A stretch of 45,210 nucleotides of DNA from NCBI GenBank assembly GCA_964639075.1, contig CAZXCB010000002.1, positions 1 through 45,210 on the forward strand, read 5' to 3'. The translations under genes and the position numbers were made by a program. Positions 9,004-16,900 of the stretch are shown one piece after another (within the stretch, counting starts at the first letter, position 1; each line of letters begins with the position of its first letter). Below the pieces are notes generated by a model. That model searched no databases. It had not been told where the DNA came from and was given only the letters and a program-made list of their open reading frames with translations. This DNA comes from an uncultured Bifidobacteriaceae bacterium (GTDB lineage: Bacteria > Actinomycetota > Acidimicrobiia > IMCC26256 > JAENVU01).

Positions 9004-9765
9004 TCAGTCGCCCCAGTGCTCGCGCCGCGCCCGGTAGAGGTGCTGCTCGACGAGAATGAGCTTCGCGGCCTGGCGGGCCCGGACGCGGATCGCGGGTCCG
9101 GAGCGGGTGGGACCGAGCCAGGTGAGGCCTCCGAAGTGGTGGTACTTGCGCTGCCACCAGGTCGGCATCTCGGACCAGCTCAGGCCCGCGTCGCACAGCT
9201 GCTTGAAGAACCAGGCACCGGTGTCGTACGCGACCTTGCCCCCGAAGGCGTCGAAGTCCTCCACCTCGACGTATTCGAACCTCGCGTCGACGCGCCCGCG
9301 GACCTGCTCGGTGTCGATCATGAAGAGCCACGCGGTCGGGCGGGGCGCGATCCGCCGCTCGGCGCGGGTGACCGGGTGCACGAAGGTCTCGGCGCCGCGT
9401 TGCATCCGTCCGCACACGAGCGCGGCGCCCGACCGCTCGGCCGTGTCGACCATGTCGGTGAGCCAGCCGTCCTCGGTGAACTCGACGTCGGAGTCCGAGA
9501 AGAGCGCGTAGCGCGTCGGGCACTGCGCCAGCCACCGGTCGAGCCAGTCGGCGTGCGTCCGGCCGTTCGGCGCGATCTGGAGCTCGAGCCAGCCCTGTGA
9601 CGCGAATCGCTGGAGCATGCGCAGCGATCCGTCGGTGGAGCCGCAATCGCCCACGACGAGGGAGAACTTCTCGCCGGCGAACTCCCGCATCGACCGGATG
9701 CACAGCTCGGTGACGCGTGCGGTGTTGAGGTTGGCGATGTACGCCGTGGTCGACCGGTCGCTCAC
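9004..9765 (-). CDS. Glycosyltransferase family 2-like
   Basis: N-terminal GT-A signature (AYIANLNTARVTELCIRSM...LVVGDCGSTDGS) and a DSD motif (LFSDSDVEF). The GTG at 9765 forms a GTGA overlap with the upstream stop; the track start 9783 is an alternative. Confidence 0.75.
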   Translation of the reverse strand: MSDRSTTAYIANLNTARVTELCIRSMREFAGEKFSLVVGDCGSTDGSLRMLQRFASQGWLELQIAPNGRTHADWLDRWLAQCPTRYALFSDSDVEFTEDGWLTDMVDTAERSGAALVCGRMQRGAETFVHPVTRAERRIAPRPTAWLFMIDTEQVRGRVDARFEYVEVEDFDAFGGKVAYDTGAWFFKQLCDAGLSWSEMPTWWQRKYHHFGGLTWLGPTRSGPAIRVRARQAAKLILVEQHLYRARREHWGD

Positions 9766-10496
9766 GTCGGGTCCCCGTGCCACCAGCCGCGCACCGTGCC
9801 CGTGACGCCCCGGACCGGCCGCGCGATCGCGCGGTGGTACGTCGTGCCGGCCACCGTGAGCCAGCGCTCCCGCCGGGTCAACGGCGTCTCGTGGATCAGC
9901 TCCGGTCGCACCCGCGCCTCGACGGCGGCGCGCCAGCAGTCGGCCGGGATCGCGGGGTCGAGGAACGCGAGCTTCGCGTGCGTGTACCGCCAGTCCTGCG
10001 CGAAGCGCGGGAACTCGAGCAGCGTGTGCGGCAGATCGTGGCGGGCGATGGTGTACATCAACTCGTACTCGATCAAGGCGAGCGCCTCGCGTTGACGCGT
10101 CGCTCGGGTGGTGCCGAAGAGCCCGCCCCAGGTGTGGAGGTCGGCGCCGTAGCGCGCCAGGCGGACCCGACTGGCGGCGGCGACGTCGAGGTCGCGGATC
10201 GGGATCACCACGTGCTCCACCTCGATCCGGCCGTCGTCGAGCAGGCCGGCGAGCCAGCGGCTGAGGTGCGGGCTCTTGACGATGCGGGGGGAGTTGGGAC
10301 CCGCCGCCGGCAGCTCGAGCCCGGCCGCGGCGTGGCTGTCGATCGGTGCGTCGGGCGTGAGCCCGGTGTCGAGCCCCAGGTCGGTGAGGATCTGGACGAG
10401 GAGCGTGGTCCCGGCGCGGCCGGTCCCGGCGATGATGACCTTGCGGGCCTCAGCCGGGTCGGCCCTGTTGTCGTCGCGTTCCTCGATCCTGGCCAC
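9762..10496 (-). CDS. Sulfotransferase-family protein (putative)
   Basis: 244 aa, GTG start. Has a 5'-PSB-like loop (IIAGTGRAGTTLL) and a KSP element (IVKSPHL), matching the pattern in the four other sulfotransferase-like genes here. Confidence 0.6.
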   Translation of the reverse strand: MARIEERDDNRADPAEARKVIIAGTGRAGTTLLVQILTDLGLDTGLTPDAPIDSHAAAGLELPAAGPNSPRIVKSPHLSRWLAGLLDDGRIEVEHVVIPIRDLDVAAASRVRLARYGADLHTWGGLFGTTRATRQREALALIEYELMYTIARHDLPHTLLEFPRFAQDWRYTHAKLAFLDPAIPADCWRAAVEARVRPELIHETPLTRRERWLTVAGTTYHRAIARPVRGVTGTVRGWWHGDPT

Positions 10497-10543
10497 GCTG
10501 TCCTCGCGGGTCGGGCGCGGAGGCGCCGGAGAGGCCGTTCACG

Positions 10544-11500
10544 CTAGCCGACCGCATCCCCGCTCGATTCCGGTCCGTGGCCCGAGAGGTACGCGAGGAA
10601 GCCGTCCGGATCGCGCAGCAAGGATGCCTGTGCCGTTGCCGCGGCCGACCGGTTGGCGCGGATCCGGCGCGCCTCGGCCGGGCCGCGAACCGCACGGAGC
10701 ACCCGCAGCTTGACCGTGCGCGTCCGGCCGTGACCGACCGGGAGGCGTTCCAGCGGTCGGGTCAGGCGGTGGACCGGCGACCGGGCGAGGTCGGCGCGGA
10801 AGAGGGCGACCCGCGAGCCCGCGCCGAGATGGAAGATGCAGTCGCCGTAGATCCCCGCGATGACCGGGTGCACGTCGACGGCGTTGGTGCGCAGCAGGCG
10901 TGCCCACGGTTCGCGACCGGTCCAGAGCGTCTTCGCCAGCCGGATGCCGGTGTCCGCGCGCTGGCCGGACTCGCGCAGGAAGCGACGGAACTCAGGCGTG
11001 CCGTCGGAATCCGGCGAGAAGCTCACCTCGTGCGCGTCGACGAACTCACGAGTCATCAGGGTGCCCGACGGGTGCGGGAGGCAGGTGTCGCCGTTCTCGC
11101 GCCGCAGCACCGCCGCGACGCCGGCGCCGGCCGGGAGCATGCCGATGATCCGGCCGAGCCAGTCGTCGACGATCGGGAAGGAGTCGAGGTCAAAGCTGGC
11201 GAAGTGCGTCGCGTCCGTGGCACGAGCAGCCTCGAGCAACGCGTCGAGGTACGCCGCGTGCTCGCGGCTGCCGCGGTCGCTCGGCGCGGGTGGGTCGAGG
11301 AGGTGGACGTCCGGTTGGCCGGCGAGCCACGCGCGGAGGTCGTCCGGGACCCGGCGTGCGACCATGTGGATCGCGAGCGGTCCGAGAGTGTGTCGTCGGA
11401 GTCGCGCGAGCTGCAGCTCGAGGAGCGCGCGCTCGGAGTCGTCGCGTACCAGCGCCACCGTGAGCACCGCGACCCGAGCGGGCGTCGGGCGCAGGTTCAT
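10544..11500 (-). CDS. Uncharacterised GT-A-like (DxD) putative glycosyltransferase, paralog of 38432..39289
   Basis: 318 aa starting MNLRPTPARVAV (ATGA overlap with the upstream GT-C stop). This is only the 3' part of the artefactual 1371-aa track ORF. Contains FDLDSFPIVDDW and LLRTNAVDVHPVIAGIYGDCIFHLGAGSR, both shared with the paralog. Confidence 0.6.
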   Translation of the reverse strand: MNLRPTPARVAVLTVALVRDDSERALLELQLARLRRHTLGPLAIHMVARRVPDDLRAWLAGQPDVHLLDPPAPSDRGSREHAAYLDALLEAARATDATHFASFDLDSFPIVDDWLGRIIGMLPAGAGVAAVLRRENGDTCLPHPSGTLMTREFVDAHEVSFSPDSDGTPEFRRFLRESGQRADTGIRLAKTLWTGREPWARLLRTNAVDVHPVIAGIYGDCIFHLGAGSRVALFRADLARSPVHRLTRPLERLPVGHGRTRTVKLRVLRAVRGPAEARRIRANRSAAATAQASLLRDPDGFLAYLSGHGPESSGDAVG

Positions 11501-13203
11501 GGCGTCCGACCGTCGGCCGCCGTGATCGGCGGCGGTATCGGGCAGTCCGCCCGCGTGCGGAAGGCCACGAAGCGCGCCGTGCGGCGCGTCGGGGCGCCGG
11601 ACCGGACGACTGCGACGACCCGGCTCCGGGCGACATGAGGATCGATGCGCACGACGACGCAGTCGCGTGGTCGCTGCCCTGTCTTCGGGTACCGATCGCC
11701 CCGCTGGTACGCGCGCCACTCGAAGCCGCCCGCGATCCGCTGCACCGCCCAGCCGCGCTCGACTGCGGCCTCCGCGGCGCGCCAGCGCGCGCCGTCGAAG
11801 GAGGCCGAATCGGTGGCGAACGCGAGACCGAGCACGGTCAGGGCGCTCAGCGCGGCGATCGCGCCGAAGCCGACCGGTCGCGCCGCGGGCTCCGGCGCCG
11901 ACGCGCGCAGGAGCAGCATGCCGGCGGCCGGGAGGACCGGCAGCAGGTAGCGGTCGTAGACCTGGATGCCCGTCAGCATCGCGAGCAGATAGCCACCGAG
12001 ATAGCCCAGGACGCTGACGGCGAGCAGGACCGTCACCGGGTCGGGCGTCGACCGCGGCCGGCGGCCGATCGCACGGATCGCGCGGGCGCACGCGTGCGCG
12101 CCGATCACCACGAGGAGCACGCCGGCGATGCTCGCGCCGGCGACGATGCCCGCCCACACCGGTCCCGGGAGCACGTCGGGCCGCGGGCCGCGGATCACGA
12201 TGTCGGAGAGCGCGCCGTCGTGGACGACGTAGTTGCCGACGAACAGGGATGACGCGGCGCGGACCGCCGTGACCATGACCCAGATCGCGCTCGCACCGCC
12301 GACGAGCACCGTCACCGCGGGTTCGTCCCGCCATGCCGCCCGCACGCGTGCGACGGGTCGGGCGGCGACGAGGATCGGGAGCAGCAGCAGCCCGCCGAGT
12401 CGGATGAAGCCCGCGCCCTTGGACACCAACACTCCCACGGCATGCACGTCGGGGAGGTCCGGTGAGAGCGAACGGCCGTCGGGCACGGTGCGCCACCACA
12501 GGAGGAAGACGATGACGACCGCGAGCGCGAGCACCGCCGCCTCGACGATCGCGCGCCGGGCGCGTCGGTCGGGACCGACCGCGCACCACGCCGCGACGAG
12601 CACGGCCAACAGCGTCACGACGGAGTACTGACGGATCGTGCACGCGAGCACCGCGACGGCGACCGCGCCCCAGATCCATCCGAGCCGGACCGGAGCGCGG
12701 GTCAGTCCCACCAGGGCCAGTGCGACCGCGACCGCCGACGCCGCGAACGCGGGCACGTCGGTCATGAAGCTGACGGCGAGCGGACCCCAGAGCGGGCTGA
12801 CTGCGATCGTGAGCGCGAGGAGCGTGGCGCGTCCGCGCGGGATGCCGGCGACCCGCGCTCCGATCCAGACCGCGACGAGCCCGACGGTGCCGAGCGTCGC
12901 GGTGAGCACCTGGAGCGCACCGATGTCGCGCGGCAGCAACGTGGCGATCGGTGCGCCGAGGACGAGTTGCCCCACCAAGCTCATCGACACCCAGTGGTTG
13001 AAGGACAGGCGGCCCGTGCGCACCCAGCGGAACTCGGTGACGAGGTAGGACCAGTCGTCGCTCCGGGGGACGCCGAGCGCGTGGTAGTGCGCGGCGATCG
13101 CGATCGGGATCGCGAGGCCGACGACCACGATCGCGACCAACGAGCCGACCGCGAGCACGGTGCTGCGGTCGCCTCGTGGTGCGTCGCGGCGTGGCATCTG
13201 CAT
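11497..13203 (-). CDS. GT-C-fold membrane glycosyltransferase (PMT/ArnT-like), paralog 1
   Basis: Start taken at MQMPRRD (13203). About 12 TM segments. The first loop carries an acidic motif (PRSDDWSY); FMTDVPAFA is conserved. The soluble C-terminal domain (ATDSASFDGARWR...GGFEW) is shared with 20382..22175. Confidence 0.65.
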   Translation of the reverse strand: MQMPRRDAPRGDRSTVLAVGSLVAIVVVGLAIPIAIAAHYHALGVPRSDDWSYLVTEFRWVRTGRLSFNHWVSMSLVGQLVLGAPIATLLPRDIGALQVLTATLGTVGLVAVWIGARVAGIPRGRATLLALTIAVSPLWGPLAVSFMTDVPAFAASAVAVALALVGLTRAPVRLGWIWGAVAVAVLACTIRQYSVVTLLAVLVAAWCAVGPDRRARRAIVEAAVLALAVVIVFLLWWRTVPDGRSLSPDLPDVHAVGVLVSKGAGFIRLGGLLLLPILVAARPVARVRAAWRDEPAVTVLVGGASAIWVMVTAVRAASSLFVGNYVVHDGALSDIVIRGPRPDVLPGPVWAGIVAGASIAGVLLVVIGAHACARAIRAIGRRPRSTPDPVTVLLAVSVLGYLGGYLLAMLTGIQVYDRYLLPVLPAAGMLLLRASAPEPAARPVGFGAIAALSALTVLGLAFATDSASFDGARWRAAEAAVERGWAVQRIAGGFEWRAYQRGDRYPKTGQRPRDCVVVRIDPHVARSRVVAVVRSGAPTRRTARFVAFRTRADCPIPPPITAADGRTP

Positions 13204-13525
13204 CGGGTCCCGTCTCGTCCCCGGCGGTTCCGGGTGTCGCCGTGCGCCGCCCCGGCCGTGGCCCGGCGGGCCGGCGCCGAGGGTACCCGCCACCCCCCGG
13301 AGTCGGTGAACGCCCACGCAACGCGCGAAGGCCGAGACGGTGCGTGCCGGCGAGGCGCGGAATTTCCCCGATTTTGGTGGCCCGACGGCCGTTTCCTGGG
13401 CACGGCTGCCTATGGTGGCGCGCCGCCGCCGCCGCTACACTACGTGACCTTCCGTGTGCGCCGGCGAGGCATGCACGAGCACATCGATCGACGGCGGCGG
13501 TCGTCCTGGGGGACCCGAGCTCAAC
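13204..13525. promoter_or_regulatory. Divergent intergenic region, presumed promoters for the 8-gene minus-strand operon and the wzz/BY-kinase operon
   Basis: 322 nt between divergent operons. AT-richer patch ggaatttccccgattttgg at 13359-13377. TAcacT at about 13436 is only a weak -10 candidate. Confidence 0.35.
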
Positions 13526-15502
13526 ATGCGATCCTTCGACTATCTCAGGATCCTGCGGCGGCGCTGGTGGATTCCGATGCTCGGTCTGCTGATCGGGCTG
13601 CTGCTCGCGTTCGCCACCCAGCCCAGTGAGCTGTCCGTCGCCCTGAAGACCGCGCCGAGGGTCCAGTTCCAGGCGCGGCACCTCCTGATCGCGAACCCGA
13701 CCGGGACGACCCAACAGGTTCGGAGCCACGTCGGCTTCGACCGGCTCGCGCTGCTCACCATCGCCGGGCCTGTTCGCGACGCGGCCCTGCGTGACCTCAA
13801 GGCCAAGGGCTGGCCGACGGTGATCGACAAGGACCAGTCGAGCGACGACAGCTCCTCCTCGTCGTCGTCCGGCAAGAGCAACAACAAGTCCAAGCGGAGC
13901 GTCGAGAACGTGGGAGTTCCGGCGTTCCGCAACGGCGAGGGAAAGCTGACGATCTACGGGCCACAGGGCCTGGTGACCGTCACGCCGGTGCCGGACCCGT
14001 CCACCGGTGCCCTGGCCATCCTCGCTGCCGGCGGTCGGAACTCCGCGCCCGAGGCCGCGAACGCGTTCGCCAACGAGCTGCTCAAGTACATCGACGCGAT
14101 GAACGCGCAGAACTACGCCGCGGACACCGCCAAGCTGGCCTCGGACCTCCAGCTCGCGAAGCTCGAGGCGCAGAACCTCGACGCCCTGATCGCGGTCAAC
14201 GCCGCCAACCCGGCGGTCCTCGCACCGCTGCAGTCGACCCGGGCGGACGCCCAGCGCAACATCGACGAGCTCAACCGCGAGGTCCTCGCGAACAACGTGG
14301 CCGGTCCCGAGCCGCGGCAGCTGACGACGCTCGAAGCGGCGTCGCCGATCCGCCTGACGCTGATCCGCTCCGCCGGCGGGAGCACGCTCGCCGGGTCGCA
14401 GCGCCTGGTGGCCGGTGGCGGCATCGGGTTCCTCGCCGGTCTCGTCCTGCTCATCGTGATGGAGCTGCTCGGCGCGCGCATCCGCGACGTCGCCGGCACC
14501 GAGGGCGCGGCGCGGATGCCCGTCATCGCGGAGATCCCGGTCGTGAAGATGAACCGCGCCGACCGGTTCGTGGTCGCGACCGCAGCCGACCCCGCGTCTC
14601 TGACCGCCGAGGCGTACCGGTCGCTCAGGACCTCCCTGCTCGCGATGTGGCAACGGCACCCGAAGAACGTCGCGCTGGATCTCGAGGCCGCGGGCACCAA
14701 CGGAACGACCACCCAGACCGTCGCGACCAAGGGTCGCCCGCTGCGGTCGCTGCTCGTCGCCTCACCGGGTCCGGCGGAGGGCAAGTCGATCACCGTGGTG
14801 AACCTCGCGGCAGCATTCGCGGAGACCGGGATGACGGTGATCATCGTCGACGCCGACTTCCGCCGTCCCACGCAGTACCGCTACCTCGACCGACCGCGTT
14901 CGCCGAACCTGGGTGACCTCGACATCACCTGCACGACCGCCGACCTCGAAGCCGTCCTCCAGTCGACCGACGTGCCCGGCGTCCGTCTGGCGGCGAGCGC
15001 ACCGAACAAGGCCGACCCCGGGCATTCGATCGCGGTGGCGAAAGCGGCCGCCCGAGTCTGTCAGGAGCTCGCCGACGTCGTGATCATCGACTCGCCGCCG
15101 CTCCTGCTCGCGAACGACGCATCGGACATCGCGTTGAGCGTCGACGCGTCGATCCTGCTGGCACGCTCCGGTTGGACGCGTCGATCCGGGATCACCGCAT
15201 CGGCGGACCTGATGCGTCGGCTCGAGGCCCCCGTCATCGGCATCGTCATCGTCGGCGCGGAGCACGGCGTCCGGGCCGGCTACTACGGCTACTACGGCTA
15301 CTACGGCTACGGCTACGGATACGCGCACCCCGGCGAGGTCTCGTTCGTGTCGAAGCTCCTCCCGTGGAAGGCCCGTCGGTCGGAGGGACAGCGGAGCGCG
15401 CCGGGCGCGAGCACGTCGTCGCGGCGGGTGTCCACCGGCACCGTGTCGGACGAGTCGCCTCCACGTCCGGGCTCGGCGGGCCTTGACGATCCCTGGGTCT
15501 GA
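13526..15502 (+). CDS. Polysaccharide co-polymerase (Wzz domain) fused to a BY-type protein tyrosine kinase
   Basis: Two TM segments flank a periplasmic coiled region. Walker A (VASPGPAEGKSITVVNLAAAF), Walker A' (IIVDADFRRP) and Walker B (VVIIDSPP) are present, plus a Tyr cluster (GYYGYYGYYGYGYGY). ATG 13526 chosen; in-frame GTG 13454 is an alternative. Confidence 0.85.
   Translation: MRSFDYLRILRRRWWIPMLGLLIGLLLAFATQPSELSVALKTAPRVQFQARHLLIANPTGTTQQVRSHVGFDRLALLTIAGPVRDAALRDLKAKGWPTVIDKDQSSDDSSSSSSSGKSNNKSKRSVENVGVPAFRNGEGKLTIYGPQGLVTVTPVPDPSTGALAILAAGGRNSAPEAANAFANELLKYIDAMNAQNYAADTAKLASDLQLAKLEAQNLDALIAVNAANPAVLAPLQSTRADAQRNIDELNREVLANNVAGPEPRQLTTLEAASPIRLTLIRSAGGSTLAGSQRLVAGGGIGFLAGLVLLIVMELLGARIRDVAGTEGAARMPVIAEIPVVKMNRADRFVVATAADPASLTAEAYRSLRTSLLAMWQRHPKNVALDLEAAGTNGTTTQTVATKGRPLRSLLVASPGPAEGKSITVVNLAAAFAETGMTVIIVDADFRRPTQYRYLDRPRSPNLGDLDITCTTADLEAVLQSTDVPGVRLAASAPNKADPGHSIAVAKAAARVCQELADVVIIDSPPLLLANDASDIALSVDASILLARSGWTRRSGITASADLMRRLEAPVIGIVIVGAEHGVRAGYYGYYGYYGYGYGYAHPGEVSFVSKLLPWKARRSEGQRSAPGASTSSRRVSTGTVSDESPPRPGSAGLDDPWV
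15278..15322 (+). repeat. Coding microsatellite: (GGCTACTAC)x3 then (GGCTAC)x2, GGATAC, encoding the Tyr cluster
   Basis: Read directly: ggctactacggctactacggctactacggctacggctacggatac. Confidence 0.85.
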
Positions 15503-15809
15503 CGAGGCCGACGGCTCCGGCCGCCCGTCGTCCGTGGTCGACGACACCGTGCTCGTACGCGCGCCGGGGGCGATCTGGCGTACCGGTGACTTCGGCGTGA
15601 CGGTGCTCGGTACCACGTCGGAGGAGCCCGTGACCCTGGCCGGCAGCGGCGTGGCGGTCTGGGACGCGCTCGCGCGACCGCGCCGGCGGGTCGAGCTCGT
15701 GGAGATCCTCGCGACTCGCTTCGCGGCCGATCGAGACGAGATCGCGCGCGACGTGGCGCCGGTGCTCGACGAGCTGCTCGCCGGTGGGGTGCTCGAGGTC
15801 GTGGCGTGA
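15483..15809 (+). CDS. PqqD-family (RiPP recognition element-like) small protein
   Basis: 108 aa from TTG 15483 (alternative GTG 15534). The PqqD-like pattern is LAGSGVAVWDALARPRRRVELVEILATRFAADRDEIARDVAPVLDELLAGGVLEV. The stop overlaps the next gene's start (GTGA). Confidence 0.75.
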   Translation: MTIPGSDEADGSGRPSSVVDDTVLVRAPGAIWRTGDFGVTVLGTTSEEPVTLAGSGVAVWDALARPRRRVELVEILATRFAADRDEIARDVAPVLDELLAGGVLEVVA

Positions 15810-16900
15810 CCGCGGCCGTCCTGCGCGAGGTCGTCGCGCTCACGCTGGATCCCGAGCGCGCCGACGTGGCGCTGCCGATCGGGGTCGAGTGGGAGGACCT
15901 CTGGGCCGACGCCCGAGACGAGCGGGCGGTGGCGGTCTTCGCCCAGGGACTCCACGAGGGGCGCGTCCACGGGACCGAGGCCCAGCGCGCCACGATCGTG
16001 CAGGCCCACGAGGACGCGATGCGCTCGTGCCTCCGGCTGGAGCGGGCCGCGCTCGACGCGATCGACGACCTCGACGCGGCCGGGATCGAGACCCGCCTGC
16101 TGAAGGGAGCGGCGACCGCCCGGCTCGACTACCCCGACCCGTCCTGGCGCAGCTTCGGGGACGTGGACCTCCTGGTGCGGTCGCGTGACTACGACGCCGC
16201 CGTCGAGCGGTTTCGGAGCCGTGGCGGTCGCCGCCGGTCGCAGGAGCCCCGGCCCGGCTTCGATCGCCGGTTCGGCAAAGGCGTCTGCCTGATCCGCGCG
16301 GACGGGGTGCAGATCGACCTCCACCGGACGCTCGCGTCGGGACCGTTCGGTCTCACCGTCGAGCTCGACGCGCTCTTCGACAGCAGCGAACCCGTCACGA
16401 TCGGCGATCGTACGGTGCGCGCGCTGGATCGCGAGCTGCGCTTCGTCCACGCGTGCTTCCATGCGGTGCTGGGTGACTTCCCACCGCGCCTGACGTCACT
16501 GCGCGACGTCGCCCAGCTGATCGGCACGGACGCGATCGACCTCGATCGGGCGCGGGAGCTCGCGTACCGCTGGCGGGCGGGGGTCGTCGTCGCGGATGCG
16601 GTCGCCACCGCATGGAGCACGTTCGGCCTCCGCCGCACGGCGGCGGTGGACTGGGCGTTCTCGTACGTGCCGTCGCGCTACGAGCGCACGGCACTCGCCG
16701 CGTACGTCGGGTCGGAACGGAGCTACGCGCGGCAGATGGTCGCCGCGCTCCCGGCGATCCGCGGCGTGGGCCCGAAGCTCTCCTATGCCTTCGCGCTGCT
16801 CTTCGCCGACCGGCACTACGTCGCGGGCCGGGACGGTGGGTACGTCCGCCGATTGCGGCGTGCCGCGCTCAGCGGCCTGGACGCGGGGTCACCGCGATGA
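15806..16900 (+). CDS. Nucleotidyltransferase-family protein (NTP_transf_5 / 'uncharacterised nucleotidyltransferase' type)
   Basis: 364 aa with the hallmark LLKGAATARLDYPDPSWRSFGDVDLLV followed by IDLH. GTGA and ATGA overlaps with its neighbours. Confidence 0.75.
   Translation: MTAAVLREVVALTLDPERADVALPIGVEWEDLWADARDERAVAVFAQGLHEGRVHGTEAQRATIVQAHEDAMRSCLRLERAALDAIDDLDAAGIETRLLKGAATARLDYPDPSWRSFGDVDLLVRSRDYDAAVERFRSRGGRRRSQEPRPGFDRRFGKGVCLIRADGVQIDLHRTLASGPFGLTVELDALFDSSEPVTIGDRTVRALDRELRFVHACFHAVLGDFPPRLTSLRDVAQLIGTDAIDLDRARELAYRWRAGVVVADAVATAWSTFGLRRTAAVDWAFSYVPSRYERTALAAYVGSERSYARQMVAALPAIRGVGPKLSYAFALLFADRHYVAGRDGGYVRRLRRAALSGLDAGSPR

Noticed and set aside
13412-13447. Mini-ORF MVARRRRRYTT in the divergent promoter region, considered as a precursor peptide or uORF
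   Set aside because: It has no Shine-Dalgarno-like sequence and is only 11 codons of (CGC)n-type low complexity. It is indistinguishable from chance in GC-rich DNA.
10544-14659. 1371-aa minus-strand ORF, the longest in the track
   Set aside because: Only its last 318 codons (10544-11500) look like a real protein. Upstream it is Arg/Pro/Gly-rich read-through that overlaps the GT-C gene in another frame and runs antisense to the Wzz/BY-kinase gene. This is typical of stop-codon-poor high-GC DNA.
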